From Octopus bimaculoides (taxonomy: Eukaryota), in assembly GCF_001194135.2 (NCBI RefSeq), contig NC_068988.1:74119988-74179798 (forward strand): a stretch of 59,811 bases of DNA, in the 5' to 3' direction. A model generated the notes under the pieces. The model saw only the letters and a list, made by a program, of their open reading frames with translations. It had not been told where the DNA came from and ran no database searches. Each line of letters begins with the position of its first letter. Position 1 is the first letter of the stretch. A program made the translations under genes and the position numbers. Below, piece after piece: positions 22,991-35,726 of this stretch.

Positions 22991-24029
22991 TTACATGTTA
23001 AGATATGTGTCCATATGTACAATATGCATATGTAAACATAAGTAGTCTCACTGTTTTTTTTTACTCTGTGTTTCATTAACTAGTGTGGAGTTACATGCAT
23101 GTCTTTTGCTTTTTTCTAAATGAAAGTGTAAAATTTTTGTAAATACAGTATTATCATTTTGAATTAAATCATTCAATGAAACATTAGAATAAATTTTTTG
23201 TACAATATTTGCATATATATATATATATCATTGTGACTGATTATTTTTGGCTGACAGTTGGCACTGTCACATTTATGAATTTTTAAAAATATTTTTTTCT
23301 TCTAAATAAACAGTGCAAAGTCTTAAAACAAAAAATTTATCAATAATTTTTCTCATTGTTTTGATGTGCTATTTTCAATAATTAATATAAATGTTGGCAT
23401 TTTTGATGACATGGGTATGCTAGTGTATTAATGTTGATTTTGTTCCATACTTGAAACACTGTTATCTTTATTTCTTCTTAATTATATTGCCTTATTTGTT
23501 ATTCAGTTATCTTGCCCTTTTATTTTTTATATTTATCCTGTTTCATATTTGTCTATATTTGTTTTTACTCTTATTTTCTTATTTTCCTTATTTCATTTTT
23601 TTTCTGCTTTCTCTTTATTTTTTTTATATATATGTATCATTACTTTAATTTCTCCTTAACTTGTGAGTTTGTTCTAACCATTATTATTTGTCACTTCTGT
23701 AGCTATTTCTACTTTGTTTGAGCATGATTCCTTACTTGATAATATTTTCAACTTGATTTATATTTCAATATTGATATATAGAGTAAGGCAGTGAACTGAC
23801 AGAATAGTTAGCATGCTGGTCCAAATGCTTCATGGAATTTCATCTGTCTTTACATTCTGAATTCAAATTCTGCTAAGGTAAACTTTGCTGTTCATCCTTT
23901 CAGAGTTGATAAAATAAGTATCAGTTGATTACTGGGATCAACATAATAGGCTTAATCCCTCTGTCAAAATTGCTGGCTTTGTGCCAAAGTTAGAAACCAA
24001 TATTAGAATGTCTCCAATTACCTGAAATA

Positions 24030-24340
24030 TGATCTACAAATCCATAGCTCAATACTGTCTCCATCTAGCTTAGGTATATATGATCCACAAATCTATAGCT
24101 CAGGAGTGTCCAGTATCTCCATCTAGCTGAAGTATGATCCACAGATCCTTAACTCAAGAGTCTCCACCTGGCTGAGGAATGATCCATAGATCTTTAGCTG
24201 AGGAGTGTACAGTGCCTTTACTTTGCTGTGGTATGATCCACAAATCCATAGGTCAAGATATACAATGTCTCTACCTAGTTGAGGTATGATCTACAGATCT
24301 ACAACTCAAGATGTACAGTGACTCCACTTAGTTGATCAGG
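24030..24340. repeat. Degenerate minisatellite, ~6 units of 45-55 bp beginning TGATCCACA(A/G)ATC
   Basis: Direct reading of recurring TGATCCAC...AGCTCAAG...TCTCCATCTAGCTGAGGTA. Confidence 0.8.
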
Positions 24341-24614
24341 AGACTGCACATCCCAATATATAGGATTTTATTGTGACCAATCAGACTTGTAATAAGCAGA
24401 GTTATGTTGCTAAGCTAGAGACACAACACAATGACTATAGTTAAGCTTATTAATGTTTTAAACATTCTGTTATAAAAATAATACTTCAAAAAAACTGAAG
24501 TTTTCAATGTTTGTTATTTTATGTGAGATTTTAAAATCAACATCTGTATATTGTTGCTTACCTCATTAAATAACTTTCTTTAAAATTCTTTATTTTGTTT
24601 CTTTTTCATTCTAG

Positions 24615-24718
24615 CATATTTCACTCAACATAATATGGAGTTTGATCATTTTCTATGTAAAGTTATGCAAGGTGACATTACAGCTATTAAACAATGTATT
24701 GTAAGAAATCCTGATAGA
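24615..24718 (+). CDS. Ankyrin-repeat protein gene, exon A (ATG at 24635: MEFDHFLCKVMQGDITAIKQCIVRNPDR)
   Basis: Polypyrimidine tract + TAG acceptor, GTAAGC donor, phase 0 join in frame to exon B, ankyrin N-cap-like sequence. Confidence 0.7.
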
Positions 24719-25799
24719 GTAAGCTGCTCCTTTTTATTGTCATCTCAAATTTGACTGTTATTTTATCTTTATATTCAATTTAGAAGTATATGTATATATA
24801 ATCAATATATGGAAATATATTTTATACTCAATATCAAATATTCTTAAGTCTCCATGGATATTTTTGTCCATGATATTTCATTTCATTTCCCACTCATCCC
24901 ACTCTTCCTTCCTCTAATCATCATCATCCTCAGTAGTAGCATCAGCTGCAACAGCAGTTTAAGAAAGACAAAGGAAAGCTAGAGTTGATTGAATATAGGT
25001 TAGATAGAAAGCCACTATGATGTAAAGGAGTGATCTGATAAGAAATATTCAGTCCAAAAGTTAGTGTCAATAAGATGTGGATATGTTTATTAGGAGTTTC
25101 TCATGCCACATACAGTTGATGACATTGCCAATTGTCATTCATTGTGTGACTTTGAACCTGAAATCCTCTCTGGAGCTATACAGGTTGTATCTAGATAGAG
25201 GAAGGCACCCAAATTGATAAATAAGGGGGTTGTTTTTCTCATAGTGCAAAGTAGAATGACAGATGGGACACTTAGAGTATAGAGACACCAAGATTAAGGG
25301 ATAGTGTTATAATTACAGGCCAACCTTTGATGATCTTGCATGTATTTAAATGATGGGTGATTTCCTTCAGGTGATGTAGTCAGTGTTGTTTAGCTGAAAT
25401 ATATAATTCCAAGACACTGCTGAATATATGTAAACTCCAACTGCTGACTGCTATCTTAAAATTTCTTATTTTCTCCACCAGAGATAATACATTACTATAG
25501 AATTTCATGAACTATGCCAGAGAATATAAAAAGAATCTATGCAAATATTCCTGAGGATTTTGATTGTTTATAGATCTATTCAGTAAATTATACACCATTT
25601 TATGGTCTGATCTCTACAGTAGGGTTAATTCAATGCTTTCTGTTATTTAGCTGCATCTCCTATCATCTGTTACTTAAAATTTTATCAGTACTCTCTTTCA
25701 ATTCATTATTGATATCGTAGGTAACAGCATTATAGTAGAGATTGTACCTAAAACCAACAACTTATATTTAATAAGAAACAGATTTCTAAAATAGTGATG

Positions 25800-28557
25800 A
25801 TATAGCTTTAGTTAAGCTATACACAAATAAATTAACAGAAACCCAGATTTATTCAGTTAAATACATGAGGGTGACAGCCGCCAGTCACTTCTACCTTGTA
25901 GAAGCCTACTTAACCAGAAGTCCACTTTGCTGCAGACCAGCTCCCTAGCTAGCCTGCAGCAAAGTTCCTGTCTACAGTTCATCTGTCATAAATCCTTGGG
26001 CAGTGCCCTACATACAGCTCCCCACCAGAACTGTTGACTGACATTGGAATTGGGAAAGTGTTTTAACTGCTCTGCTGTGCATGTGGTTACTCAACTCTTT
26101 GGTGACTGTTCCTTGCCAAGGGTTAATGTGATTTACCTGGGGTGGCCGCTGTTTGGTGGTTGAGCTACTTGGATGGTGCTGTCAATATTGAGATGGGCTG
26201 GTTACAACCTATTTATAGAAACTGTGTCTTATTGTCTGCCAATTAGGAGTTAGAATGATTTGTCTCCCGGACATATGACTTCGTATGAGCCATCATAGGG
26301 TGACTGGAGGGGATTTTGTCTCATGTCATTCGAATGAACATGAAGTTAGCCATGTGGAAGTCATTTGGTACAGATGATCTAGGTGTACCATGTGTTGACA
26401 TGGGAATAAGACGCAACTGGCCCACACTGACTCTCAGTTGCATGAGGTACCTTTTGACATCCGGGTTTGACTTCGTGTTCAGAAGGAACTCTCCTGGCAC
26501 TGTAAGAGGGGCACCATACACCATTTCCACAGAAGAAATGTTGAGATTTTCCTTTGTGGGGGTGGGTGCAGATTCCCAGCATCACCCATAGAAGATGATC
26601 AATCCAATTGGGCCCATTAAGTTTGGTTGTCAGGGATTCCTTCAGGCAGCGGTAAAATCACTCCACTAACTCGTTGGCCTGTGGAGTGCTTTGGGGTGCT
26701 GATGGCCCTTGGCTTGTTTATAGGAGATGCAGGTCTTGTTCCACTCTGCAATTTGCTTGGCTACACTATTCCAGTCTATCAAAAGAGTCACTAGGTGCTT
26801 CTTGTGTAGCCCTGCATTTTGGCTTGCAATAAGGATATCATCTAAGTATGCAAAGACAAAATCAAGACCCTGCACACAGTGTCCATCAGGCATTGGAAGG
26901 ATTGTGCTGTATTTTTTAAGCCAAAGAGTGTATGTAGGAATTCATACAGCCTGAAAGGAGTGATCACAGCAGTTTTCAGTACATTGTTGTCTTGTACTGG
27001 TATTTGGTGGTAACTTCGGATAAGGTCAACCTTCAAGAAAACCGAGCACCTGGCTAGCTGGGCTGAGAAGTCCTATATGTGCAGAATGGGGTAGTGGTCA
27101 GGTGTCATGTCTGCATTGAGACAATGGTAATCTCTGCAGGGACACCAACCTCCATTGGGTTTTGTTGCCACATGCAGGAGTGATGACCAGGGACTGCTTG
27201 ATCAGTGAATTATGCCCAATGCCTCCATATTGTCAAACTTGGCCTTTGTGATAGCAAGTTTCTCTGGTGATAGACAACATGTGTAGCTGTGCCCTGGAAG
27301 GCCAGTGGTGGAGATGTGGTGTGTCACTCTGTGGTGGGCTGTAGGTTTGGAGAATATCGAGGTAAAGAGATTGGAGTTACTCGCAAGGAAATTTGAGAAT
27401 TTGTTCTCGGTCTGAGAGATGGTTGCTATGCATGTTCAGCTGTTGCCAGAGACCTGGAAGCATATGTGTTGTTGTTGATGAGTCATCTCCCCTGCAAATC
27501 AACCAGTAGCAAGTGTGCTCCAAGAAAGTCTGCCCTGATAATGGGCTGATGGGCATCAGTGATGGTGAATGCCCATGTGTAATTTTGTGAGCTGATGTTG
27601 AGAGAAAGGATGCAGTGACCATACGCCTCAATTGTGGAGCCATTGACAGCTGTTAAAGGTTGGCCCTGCTTTCCATAATGGAGGTCCCTTGCCAATGCTG
27701 GTATTATGCTGACTTCTGCTCCAGTATCGATTAGGAACCGACATCTGGAGCTTTGATCACAGACATGGAGCAGTTGATCGTGTCTGCCAGCCACAGGGCA
27801 TTCAGTGGCAGCCGGCCCTGGAGTTTCCTGGGGTCGATGGGCAAAGGATCCTGACGATACATGGTTGTTGGTACTTCATAACCTTTTTCCCAAACTTTGT
27901 GTCATAGAAGCACAGGCCATCTTGCTTAACTCTACCATGTCTCAAGGCCAACCCTATGGCATTGACCATAATACCACTGGATAAAAAATGTTTGTCAGCT
28001 GCTTTTGCTAACTGCCATATTCCTTGATCTCGGTCTGAGTTATGAGGGCCTGGACCTGGAGTGGTAACTTGTGGAGGAATATTTCCCTAAACAAAAAGGA
28101 AGGTGACACACTAGAGGGAAACTAATGCCACCATCTTGTCCAATTCTTCATCCAGTATCTTGGCTGCCACTTCCCGGTCTCTCTGCTGGAATGTATTCAC
28201 CAACCTGTCTTTTAATATAGTGTATTTGTGTGTTGCTGGGGTTTGGGTTAAAATGTCCAGCACCCTCGTTACCATGTCCTTATCTAATACCATTCCTATG
28301 GAAGATTATTTTGTTAGGTGTGTAGTTATTTTGCATATGTTAAATTGTACTCCCACCTGCCATAGCTCAGCCCTCTTCAGCCAGAATTGTGGTAGCTTCA
28401 GTGCTGCTGTGTGATCACTTACCATGTTTCTTTGATTTTCTGTTTACTTTGATATGTGAAGTAAAAGCTGTTGTTCTTCTGTGGGATCACTAGCTAGCCC
28501 GCAGCAAAGTTTTTGTCTACAGTTTGTCTGTCATAAATCCTTGGGTGGTACCCTACA
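25800..28557 (-). mobile_element. Gypsy LTR retrotransposon, internally deleted (gag, protease, RT, integrase C-terminus)
   Basis: LKLPQFW gag; FLIDTGAEVS protease; YLDDILIAS RT; EMVYGAPL integrase; LTR starts TGTAGGG at 28557 and 26012; PPT-like GGTGGGGAG; PBS-like TAGTGATCCC. Confidence 0.88.
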
Positions 28558-28619
28558 ATGAAATGATAAATTTATACCGAACCTCTGAGAACTTGCTAGG
28601 TTCGCTTCATTCCCATGAA

Positions 28620-29000
28620 TCATTGTATCCACTTCAACCTCACTACCATTCCACAGCCATTCATCAATGTATGTTCAATTATACCCTTATCACCACTCTA
28701 TGAATGAATGACCTATGAATGATTCAACGCCATCTCAATAACTTACTCCTGTTAGTCTATGCACAGTCAACAACCACCTCACTACTTCACCACACTTGTT
28801 AACATTTGTATGATCAAATACCACTACACTACCAGTCCACTCCCCTTAAGTTATGTATGGCCAACTACCACCTCACTACCACTCACATTATTCTGTGTAT
28901 AGTTAATTATCCTCTCACTACCATCCCGCTCCCATTAATCTATGTATGGTCAAATAACACCACACTTCCACTCAATTCTTGTTAACTTATTTATGATCAA
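28620..29000. repeat. Degenerate C/A-rich minisatellite-like tract
   Basis: Recurring TGTATG(G/A)TCAA...CACTACCA units. Confidence 0.55.
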
Positions 29001-29064
29001 CTATTTATTATACATAATGGAAGTCAGGTGGTTGTTGACCTTACACTAGGATCAAATGACTTAC

Positions 29065-29481
29065 TCTTTACTCTTTTACTCTTTTACTTGTTTCAGTCAT
29101 TTGACTGTGGCCATGCTGGAACACCACCTTTAGTCGACCAAATTGACCCCCAGGACTTATTCTTTGTAAGCCTAGTACTTATTCTATCGGTCTTTTTTGC
29201 CGAACCGCTAAGTTACGGGGATGTAAACACACCAGCATCGATTGTCAAGCGATGTTGGGGGGGACAAACACAGACACACAAACACATACACATGTATATA
29301 TACATATACATATATACAACAGCCTTCTTTCAGTTTCCGTCTACCAAATCTACTCACAAGGCTTTGGTTGGCCTGAGGCTATAGCAGAAGACATTTGCCC
29401 AAAGTACCATGCAGTGAGACTGAACTCGGAACCATGTGGTTGGTAAGCAAGCTACTTACCACACAGCCACTCCTGCACCTA
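29065..29481 (-). mobile_element. tRNA-derived SINE, family C (partial copy also at 36352-36505 -)
   Basis: Head TAGGTGCAGGAGTGGCTGTGTGGTAAG...GGTTCCGAGTTCAGTC, internal TA/TG tract, (AAGAGTA)n-like tail. Confidence 0.85.
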
Positions 29482-29771
29482 TAACTTGTCCAGAAAAAGA
29501 TAACAAATATGATAAGAAATATGTCAAAATATTTAAACCAAAATACATCAGCTGTTGGACATACATCTATAGATTTTCATGTAACAGCAGGAAATAGATA
29601 CCTGTTTCCACTGTTAGCAGAAAATGTTGTTAATCCAATGGTGATGGTTAATTTCCTTTTTTTCTTCCTTGCTATATTTGACAATACACTGCTGTGTAAC
29701 AAATTCTAGAGTGTAACAATTTAGAATGAGACATATCTAAATGTTACATCTTTCTCTCTCTCTCTCTCTTT

Positions 29772-29804
<33 letters not shown>

Positions 29805-30013
29805 ATCTCTTCTGTCTGTCTATCTATCTCTGTCTCTCTCTCTCTCTTTCTTCCTTCCTTCTTTCCCCTAACTCCCTCCCTCCTTCTCTCCATCCTTCCT
29901 TTCTTTCTCCCTCCCTCCTTCCCCCTCCCCTTCTTTCCTCTCTTTTTCCTTCCTTTCTTCTTTTCTTCTTTCTAAACACCATTATTTACTTTGTCCTCTT
30001 CTCTGTCCTTCAG

Positions 30014-30165
30014 ATTAACAATCCCAACAATTGTGGCAACACCATACTTCATTTTGCAAGTGTTAAAGGCAACACCAACATTGTCCTAATGTTACTGAAA
30101 GCAGGAGCTAGCGTAACATCAACAGATCAAGACGGCAATACACCTTTACACTGGGCAGCACTAAA
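30014..30165 (+). CDS. Ankyrin-repeat gene exon B (INNPNNCGNTILHFAS...GNTPLHWAAL), phase 0-2
   Basis: CAG acceptor, GTAAGA donor, ankyrin consensus, 152 nt. Confidence 0.92.
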
Positions 30166-30465
30166 GTAAGATCACAACAATTTGTTTTTTAATTTTTTTA
30201 TTATTCACACACACACAAACGTATACGTAAGAGAGTGTGTCTTTATACACACAAGCCACACTATGCGTGTATATGTCGGGGTATAAATGTATATGTACTA
30301 CTATAGTAGCTGCCAAAATGACAGATTTTATTTGATAAACGTTAGAATGTGACAGAACCATAAAAACAGAAAAAATACAATATAGAAAAGGGAAATTATT
30401 TGTAAAGAGAGAGAGGGGGGAGGGAAAAAGGTATTGTTGAGCTGGTGATAGATTTAAGAGTGTGT

Positions 30466-30902
30466 GAAGGCGCATGGCTTAGTGGTTAGGGTATTCAGCT
30501 CATGATTGAAAGGTTGTGAGTTCAATTCTTGGCAGCGAATTGTGTCATTGAGCAAAACTCTTTATTTCATACAGTTCTATATTTAAGAGGTGAGGAATTA
30601 TGCACATTATTTACATTATTTACATTTGACGGATATTTGTCTTCATCTTGTTTGTTGTAAATAATGTAAATAATGTACTTTATTTCATGTTGCTCCAGTC
30701 TACTCTGCTTGCAAAAATTAGTCGTATCTGGTATTCAAAGGGCCAGCCTTGTCACACTGTGTCACACTGAATCTCCCTGAGAACTACGTTAAGGGTATGC
30801 ATGCTGTGGAGTGCTCAGCCACTTGCATATTAATTTCATGAGCAGGCTGTTCCATTGATTAAATCAACTGGAACCCCTGTCATTGTAACTCACGGAGTTC
30901 CA
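30466..30902 (+). mobile_element. tRNA-derived SINE family A, interrupted by a mini-PLE insertion
   Basis: Homologous to 20263-20604 and 42432-42750. Confidence 0.85.
30571..30677. mobile_element. 107-bp PLE-tail-derived insertion with 11-bp TSD CTTTATTTCAT
   Basis: Matches the PLE tail at 7684-7738 and 9017-9090; internal inversion; TSD at 30560-30570 and 30678-30688. Confidence 0.85.
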
Positions 30903-31090
30903 GATTTAAGTGTAATGAATACCAGAGAAGGGGAGGAACATAGCCATCAATGTGTTAGTGTAAGATCAATTAGGTGAGCTCTATGTCACTTTAATGCTGG
31001 GAATCTATTTGTCACTCTGTCTAATTATATCTATTTGTCTATATGTCTGACTGTTTCATTAAGTGTCTATCTGTCTCCATCTCATCAAAT

Positions 31091-31123
<33 letters not shown>

Positions 31124-31208
31124 CACATATATATACATACACACACATAGAAGCATATACACACACACACACTAACATACATGTGTGTGTGTAGTATATA
31201 TGAAAAGT

Positions 31209-31500
31209 GTAAAGATCCCCTTCAGTCATAAATGACCATAGGATTGTATCTAGTAAGTTTCTCTCTGAGGCACAAGTCCAGGCAAGGTTGTTTTGTGGAA
31301 GACCAACAGTTGGCCATACATACCAGTCTCTCCTCTGCATGCTATCGATGTTGTCCAAGGGAAAGGCAAAAGCTGATATAGCTGATACTGAAGCAATGTG
31401 AAATAAAGTGTCTTGCTCAAGAACATAAGGCACAGCCTGGTCCAGGAATCAAACTCACAATGTTACGGTTGTAAGCCCAACACTCTAATCACATAGCTAG
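31209..31500 (-). mobile_element. tRNA-derived SINE (shares the TTGAGCAAGACACTTTATTTCAC core with family A, different 3' part)
   Basis: Reverse-strand head ...GTGATTAGAGTGTTGGGCTTACAACC...GAGTTTGATTCC. Confidence 0.6.
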
Positions 31501-32051
31501 ATATGCTTGTATAGTCTTAAAACTCTGTCATTGCTAGCCTGCTTGCTTGCATGCATGCATGCTTGTCTGTAATTCAATACTGCCAAACTGTTGCATAATT
31601 GGAAAATACTCTCAAAGTAAGGTACTTCTGAAATGTGAATACAAACAGAATAAAACAAGTTTCTCATAAATCAGACCACTAATTCCCGAGATATGTGGTT
31701 TTTTGGGGTTTGTTTCCACAAATTTAAGCAGTGAAACCTGGAGTTATTGCCCTTTACTGTGAACGCCTTTATAAATAGCCAAACTGGCACATAATGGGAA
31801 AATACTCTGAAAGTAAGGTACCATTGAAATGTGAATATAAACAGAATAAAACAAGTTTTGCATAAATCAAACCATTGGTTCTCGAGATTCGTGGTTTCTT
31901 CAGGCACCTTGAACTATTAGTGACCCAACGGGTCATGGATAGTCTAATATATAATATATACAATTATATCATGACATACTTAATATATATAACCTGACTA
32001 TTATTTCCTGTCTTTGTAATATCTTTATTTTTACCTTCCTCATTCTTTCAG

Positions 32052-32208
32052 TAACCAACATGAAGTGGTGGCATTGTTGCTGTGCCATGGAGCTGATACC
32101 AACATCCTCAATAGAAACGGGTGTAGTCCACTCCATGAAGCCATCCTTAAAAACAATATAAAGGTGGTGGAGAAAGTACTCAATACAACAGATGTACATA
32201 ACGTTCAG
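32052..32208 (+). CDS. Ankyrin-repeat gene exon C (NQHEVVALLLCHGADTNILNRNGCSPLHEAIL...HNVQ), phase 2-0
   Basis: CAG acceptor; phase matches exon B (AA|T = Asn); GTTGGT donor; 157 nt. Confidence 0.9.
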
Positions 32209-32562
32209 GTTGGTGAATATATGTATCCAGTCTGTATCAGGGTAACTAATATATTGATCTTAGAGAATGTTGTTCAATATTATTATCATCATTGATTAAG
32301 TAATACAACACACATCCTGCACAGAGAACTTTATGATGGTCATGATGATGATGAGGATGATGGTGGTGGCGGTGGCAGTTGTGGTGGAGGTGCTGATGGT
32401 GGTAGTGGTGAGTTTGAGTGTGTGTGTGTGTGAATACTTACATTCTGCCCTTCACATGATAAAACACTGAACTATGGCCAATGAACACATCTTCAAATAA
32501 TTCTATGCTTTTAAAGACAAGCAGAACATAATCTCTCTTACTTGAAAAACAGTTAAGGGGTT

Positions 32563-35500
32563 TGTTGTATCCTCCACCTCCAAATGTTGTGGTACCACCA
32601 TGATATTGTGACAGATGGTCTAGATACACTGTACCAGTGTAGTAACAGTAAACAAGATAACGATGCAGCCGTAATAACAACATAACGATCCAACAATCTC
32701 TTCATGAACCAACAATCAATATTCCAAACAAACTAACCAACGGACACCTACCTTCTGACTTCACTGTGAACTCTGCTCGAACTAACACACAAACTTCACT
32801 CTGAGCGCCACTGTTTATAATCACTCGGTCTAGTCTATTTCTCACAAGGGAGCATAGTAACTCTCATCACGACATCTCCCCCTTTGAGATTTCAACTTCC
32901 GGAAGAAGTGAAGTTGATTTTATTTTCTATTTTTCCAGCACCTCTCCTTCTCTTTCTTTTTCCTTTTAATTTGATATCTTTTTCATTTTGGCATTATTTC
33001 TAAATGTAGTCTGTTTCCTTTTTTTACTGTTGCTTCTACAAGGCTCAATCTCTTTCAGTGCTGGCACCTCAGACATGTCATAGTAGACTTCCATTGGTAT
33101 TTTCTTTCGTTTTTCAACTTGTCTTGTCTGTCTTTAATTAGTTTAGCTGTCTCTTATGTTCCGAATGTTGTCCTTTAATTATATACATCATGTCTCCTAA
33201 TCTTTTAGTTACAAAACCATCCTCCTAGCCTTCTTTACCAATTTTGTAATGTTTTGTTCCCTTTTCTGTATTTCCTTTAAAGATATTTTTCATTGCAATA
33301 ATTTATCAAAGATCGATTTTATTTTTCACGTGAACATTAACTCTGCCAGAGACTTTCCTGAGCTGGTATTCAGATTGGGCATTACTCTATATACCCTCAA
33401 GAATTCCGTTAGTGCTTTGTCATTATCTACATCATTCCTTGCTTTTTTTAACACTCACTTGAAAGTATCAACAAATCTTTTTACCTGCTTGTTTGACCTC
33501 GGGTGGTTGGTCGGGGTAAAAATATGCTTTATCATATGTATTTTGCAGAAATGTTTTAAATTGTGTTCCATTATCTGATACCAATGTGTCTTGAACACTG
33601 TATCAGGCAAATAGTTCATACAGGAACTTTATTGTTGTCTTTGTGGTTGGTTTATTGTACCTGTGTACCTCTGGTCACAAATAACTCTGGCCATTTTGTA
33701 CTGCTATCAACAACAATTAGATAGTGTGTGCCATTCATGGGTCCAGCATAGTCGATATGTACCCTGGACCATGGACTATCCATCTCAGGTCATGATTGGT
33801 ATTTCGCCAGTGGTGCTTTGGCTGCTAGCACATGATTTTACACAATTTTCAATTTCCCGGTCCATTGTCAGCCAATATACATAGCTCCTTATTAAGGCTT
33901 TCATTCTTGACATTCCTGGGTGTCCACTGGAATTCCTGCAATACTACCACTCTTTGGTTGGTACTACCACTCTTTGCACATACATTAAAACATTGTCGCA
34001 TAGTGAAAAATTATTCGAATTTGTATTTTTATTTTGCTTATTTTTTAACATTACTTTCATTCTTGTAATGTAATTATCCTCTGCAGATTTCATTTTTATA
34101 TCATACACTGTCACCGGCAGTTTGTCAATAACATTACACATAATGTTTTTAATTAATTTTTTCTTCAATTCAACTGCTGAATTCTTTTCATTGGTGGGGC
34201 AGCCATTTAACTTTTTACTGTACCAGCTTATTGGGAAATCCCATAAATCAAATAACTCCAACCAGTCAGTACCAAACACTGCTTGCGTTCTTTACACCAA
34301 AAACTTTTGCCTTGCAAGTTTTTCCTTGAAATGTGACATTGTTCCACATTTTGCCTACAAAATGTAGTTTGTCACCCATCATGCCACATGCAGTTTTCAT
34401 TGTTTTTCTTAACATAGGTTTCCCTATTTTTCTCCACGTGTCAATGTTAATGATTGAAATGTCACTACCAGTATCCAGTTGTGATTTAATATTTACTCCG
34501 TTTACTTTTATGTGTACAAATTTCCTTATTTGGGATTCAATTTTACTTTCTGCTGAGAGCCCTTTAGAACTTTTTGCATTTGACCTTCATACTTTTGTTC
34601 TGCAGTGTGAACACTGTGTCCCAATTTTTGACGACTATAACATTTTTGGTTTTTAAGAGGACAATCTGTTTTGAAATGTAAGTCTCCACATCTGTAACAT
34701 GGATTAGGACCTAGCATTCTTCTTTGGTTATACTTGGTTAACATATCTGTATTTTTGTGAAATCCTTTTCTTGAATTTTTCTTACACTGTGTTTCAGGTT
34801 TACCATCCTTTGACACTCTTCTGCATCAGTCTGCAGGGTTAACTCTTGGTTCGTTTGTTCAAATTTTGAAAGAATTCTTGCCTGTATTTCTGTATCTTCA
34901 TTTACAGTAAGACCTTGTACAAAAATGAGACACTTAAACATCTCAGGAGTAAGTTCTTTAAGTTTAAAACTATCACACATTCTATTGACAGTTCCTGCAT
35001 ATGTAATAAAGACTTTTTGGGCAATATGAAATTACAGTGTCACTCATGCTCAGATGGAGCTAATTTACATAATAATAACCTTACTTTTTCTTCGTCCAAC
35101 CATGTTTTGCAATCTTCCTTAAAAATCTCCTTGTACCTTCTGTAGTTACACTGCAAAAGTTATACTCTCCTCTGGGTTATAACTGAATTCTTTTATGGAG
35201 TTCAATATGCCATCTGGCGAAAATGAACTTACCACATTTTTGGACTTCTTTGCATATAGCTCCAATAATTGTTGTTGTTGTAGTTGCTTCTGCAGCTCCT
35301 GTTGCTGTTCTTGTTGCTTTTGTGTCTATATTATAAAAGCTAGCTAGTATGTCTTCCACCATTTAACAAGTTGTATCATGACCAAATTGTTAAATAACCT
35401 ATGTGAGCTTCACAACCCTCATCGCCAGATGTTGTATCCTCCATCTCCAAATGTCATGATACAATCACAATGTGCCAGTGTAGCAACAGTAAACAAGATA

Positions 35501-35726
35501 ATGATCCAGCTGTAATAGCAATGTAATGATCCAACAATTTCTTCATGAACCAACAATCTCTTCATGAACCAACAATCAATATTCCAAACAAACCAACTGA
35601 TATCTTCCAGCTTCACTGTGAACTCAACTTGAACTAACACAAACTTCACACTCTGACTGCTACTATTTATAATTGCTCGGTCCAGTCTATTTCTAGCAAG
35701 GGGATATCATGACTCTCATCACAACA
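32563..35726 (-). mobile_element. Gypsy (Mag-like) provirus with both LTRs and a 5-bp TSD GGGTT; RT/RNase H deleted
   Basis: LTRs 35430-35726 and 32563-32874 (TG...CA); PBS TGGCGATGAGG; PPT AAAGGGGGAGA; gag FKCLIFVQGL plus knuckles; protease LDTGSD; integrase remnant. Confidence 0.92.

Noticed and set aside
24030-24340. CRISPR-like array
   Set aside because: Units are degenerate tandem repeats without unique spacers, there are no cas genes, and the context is eukaryotic.
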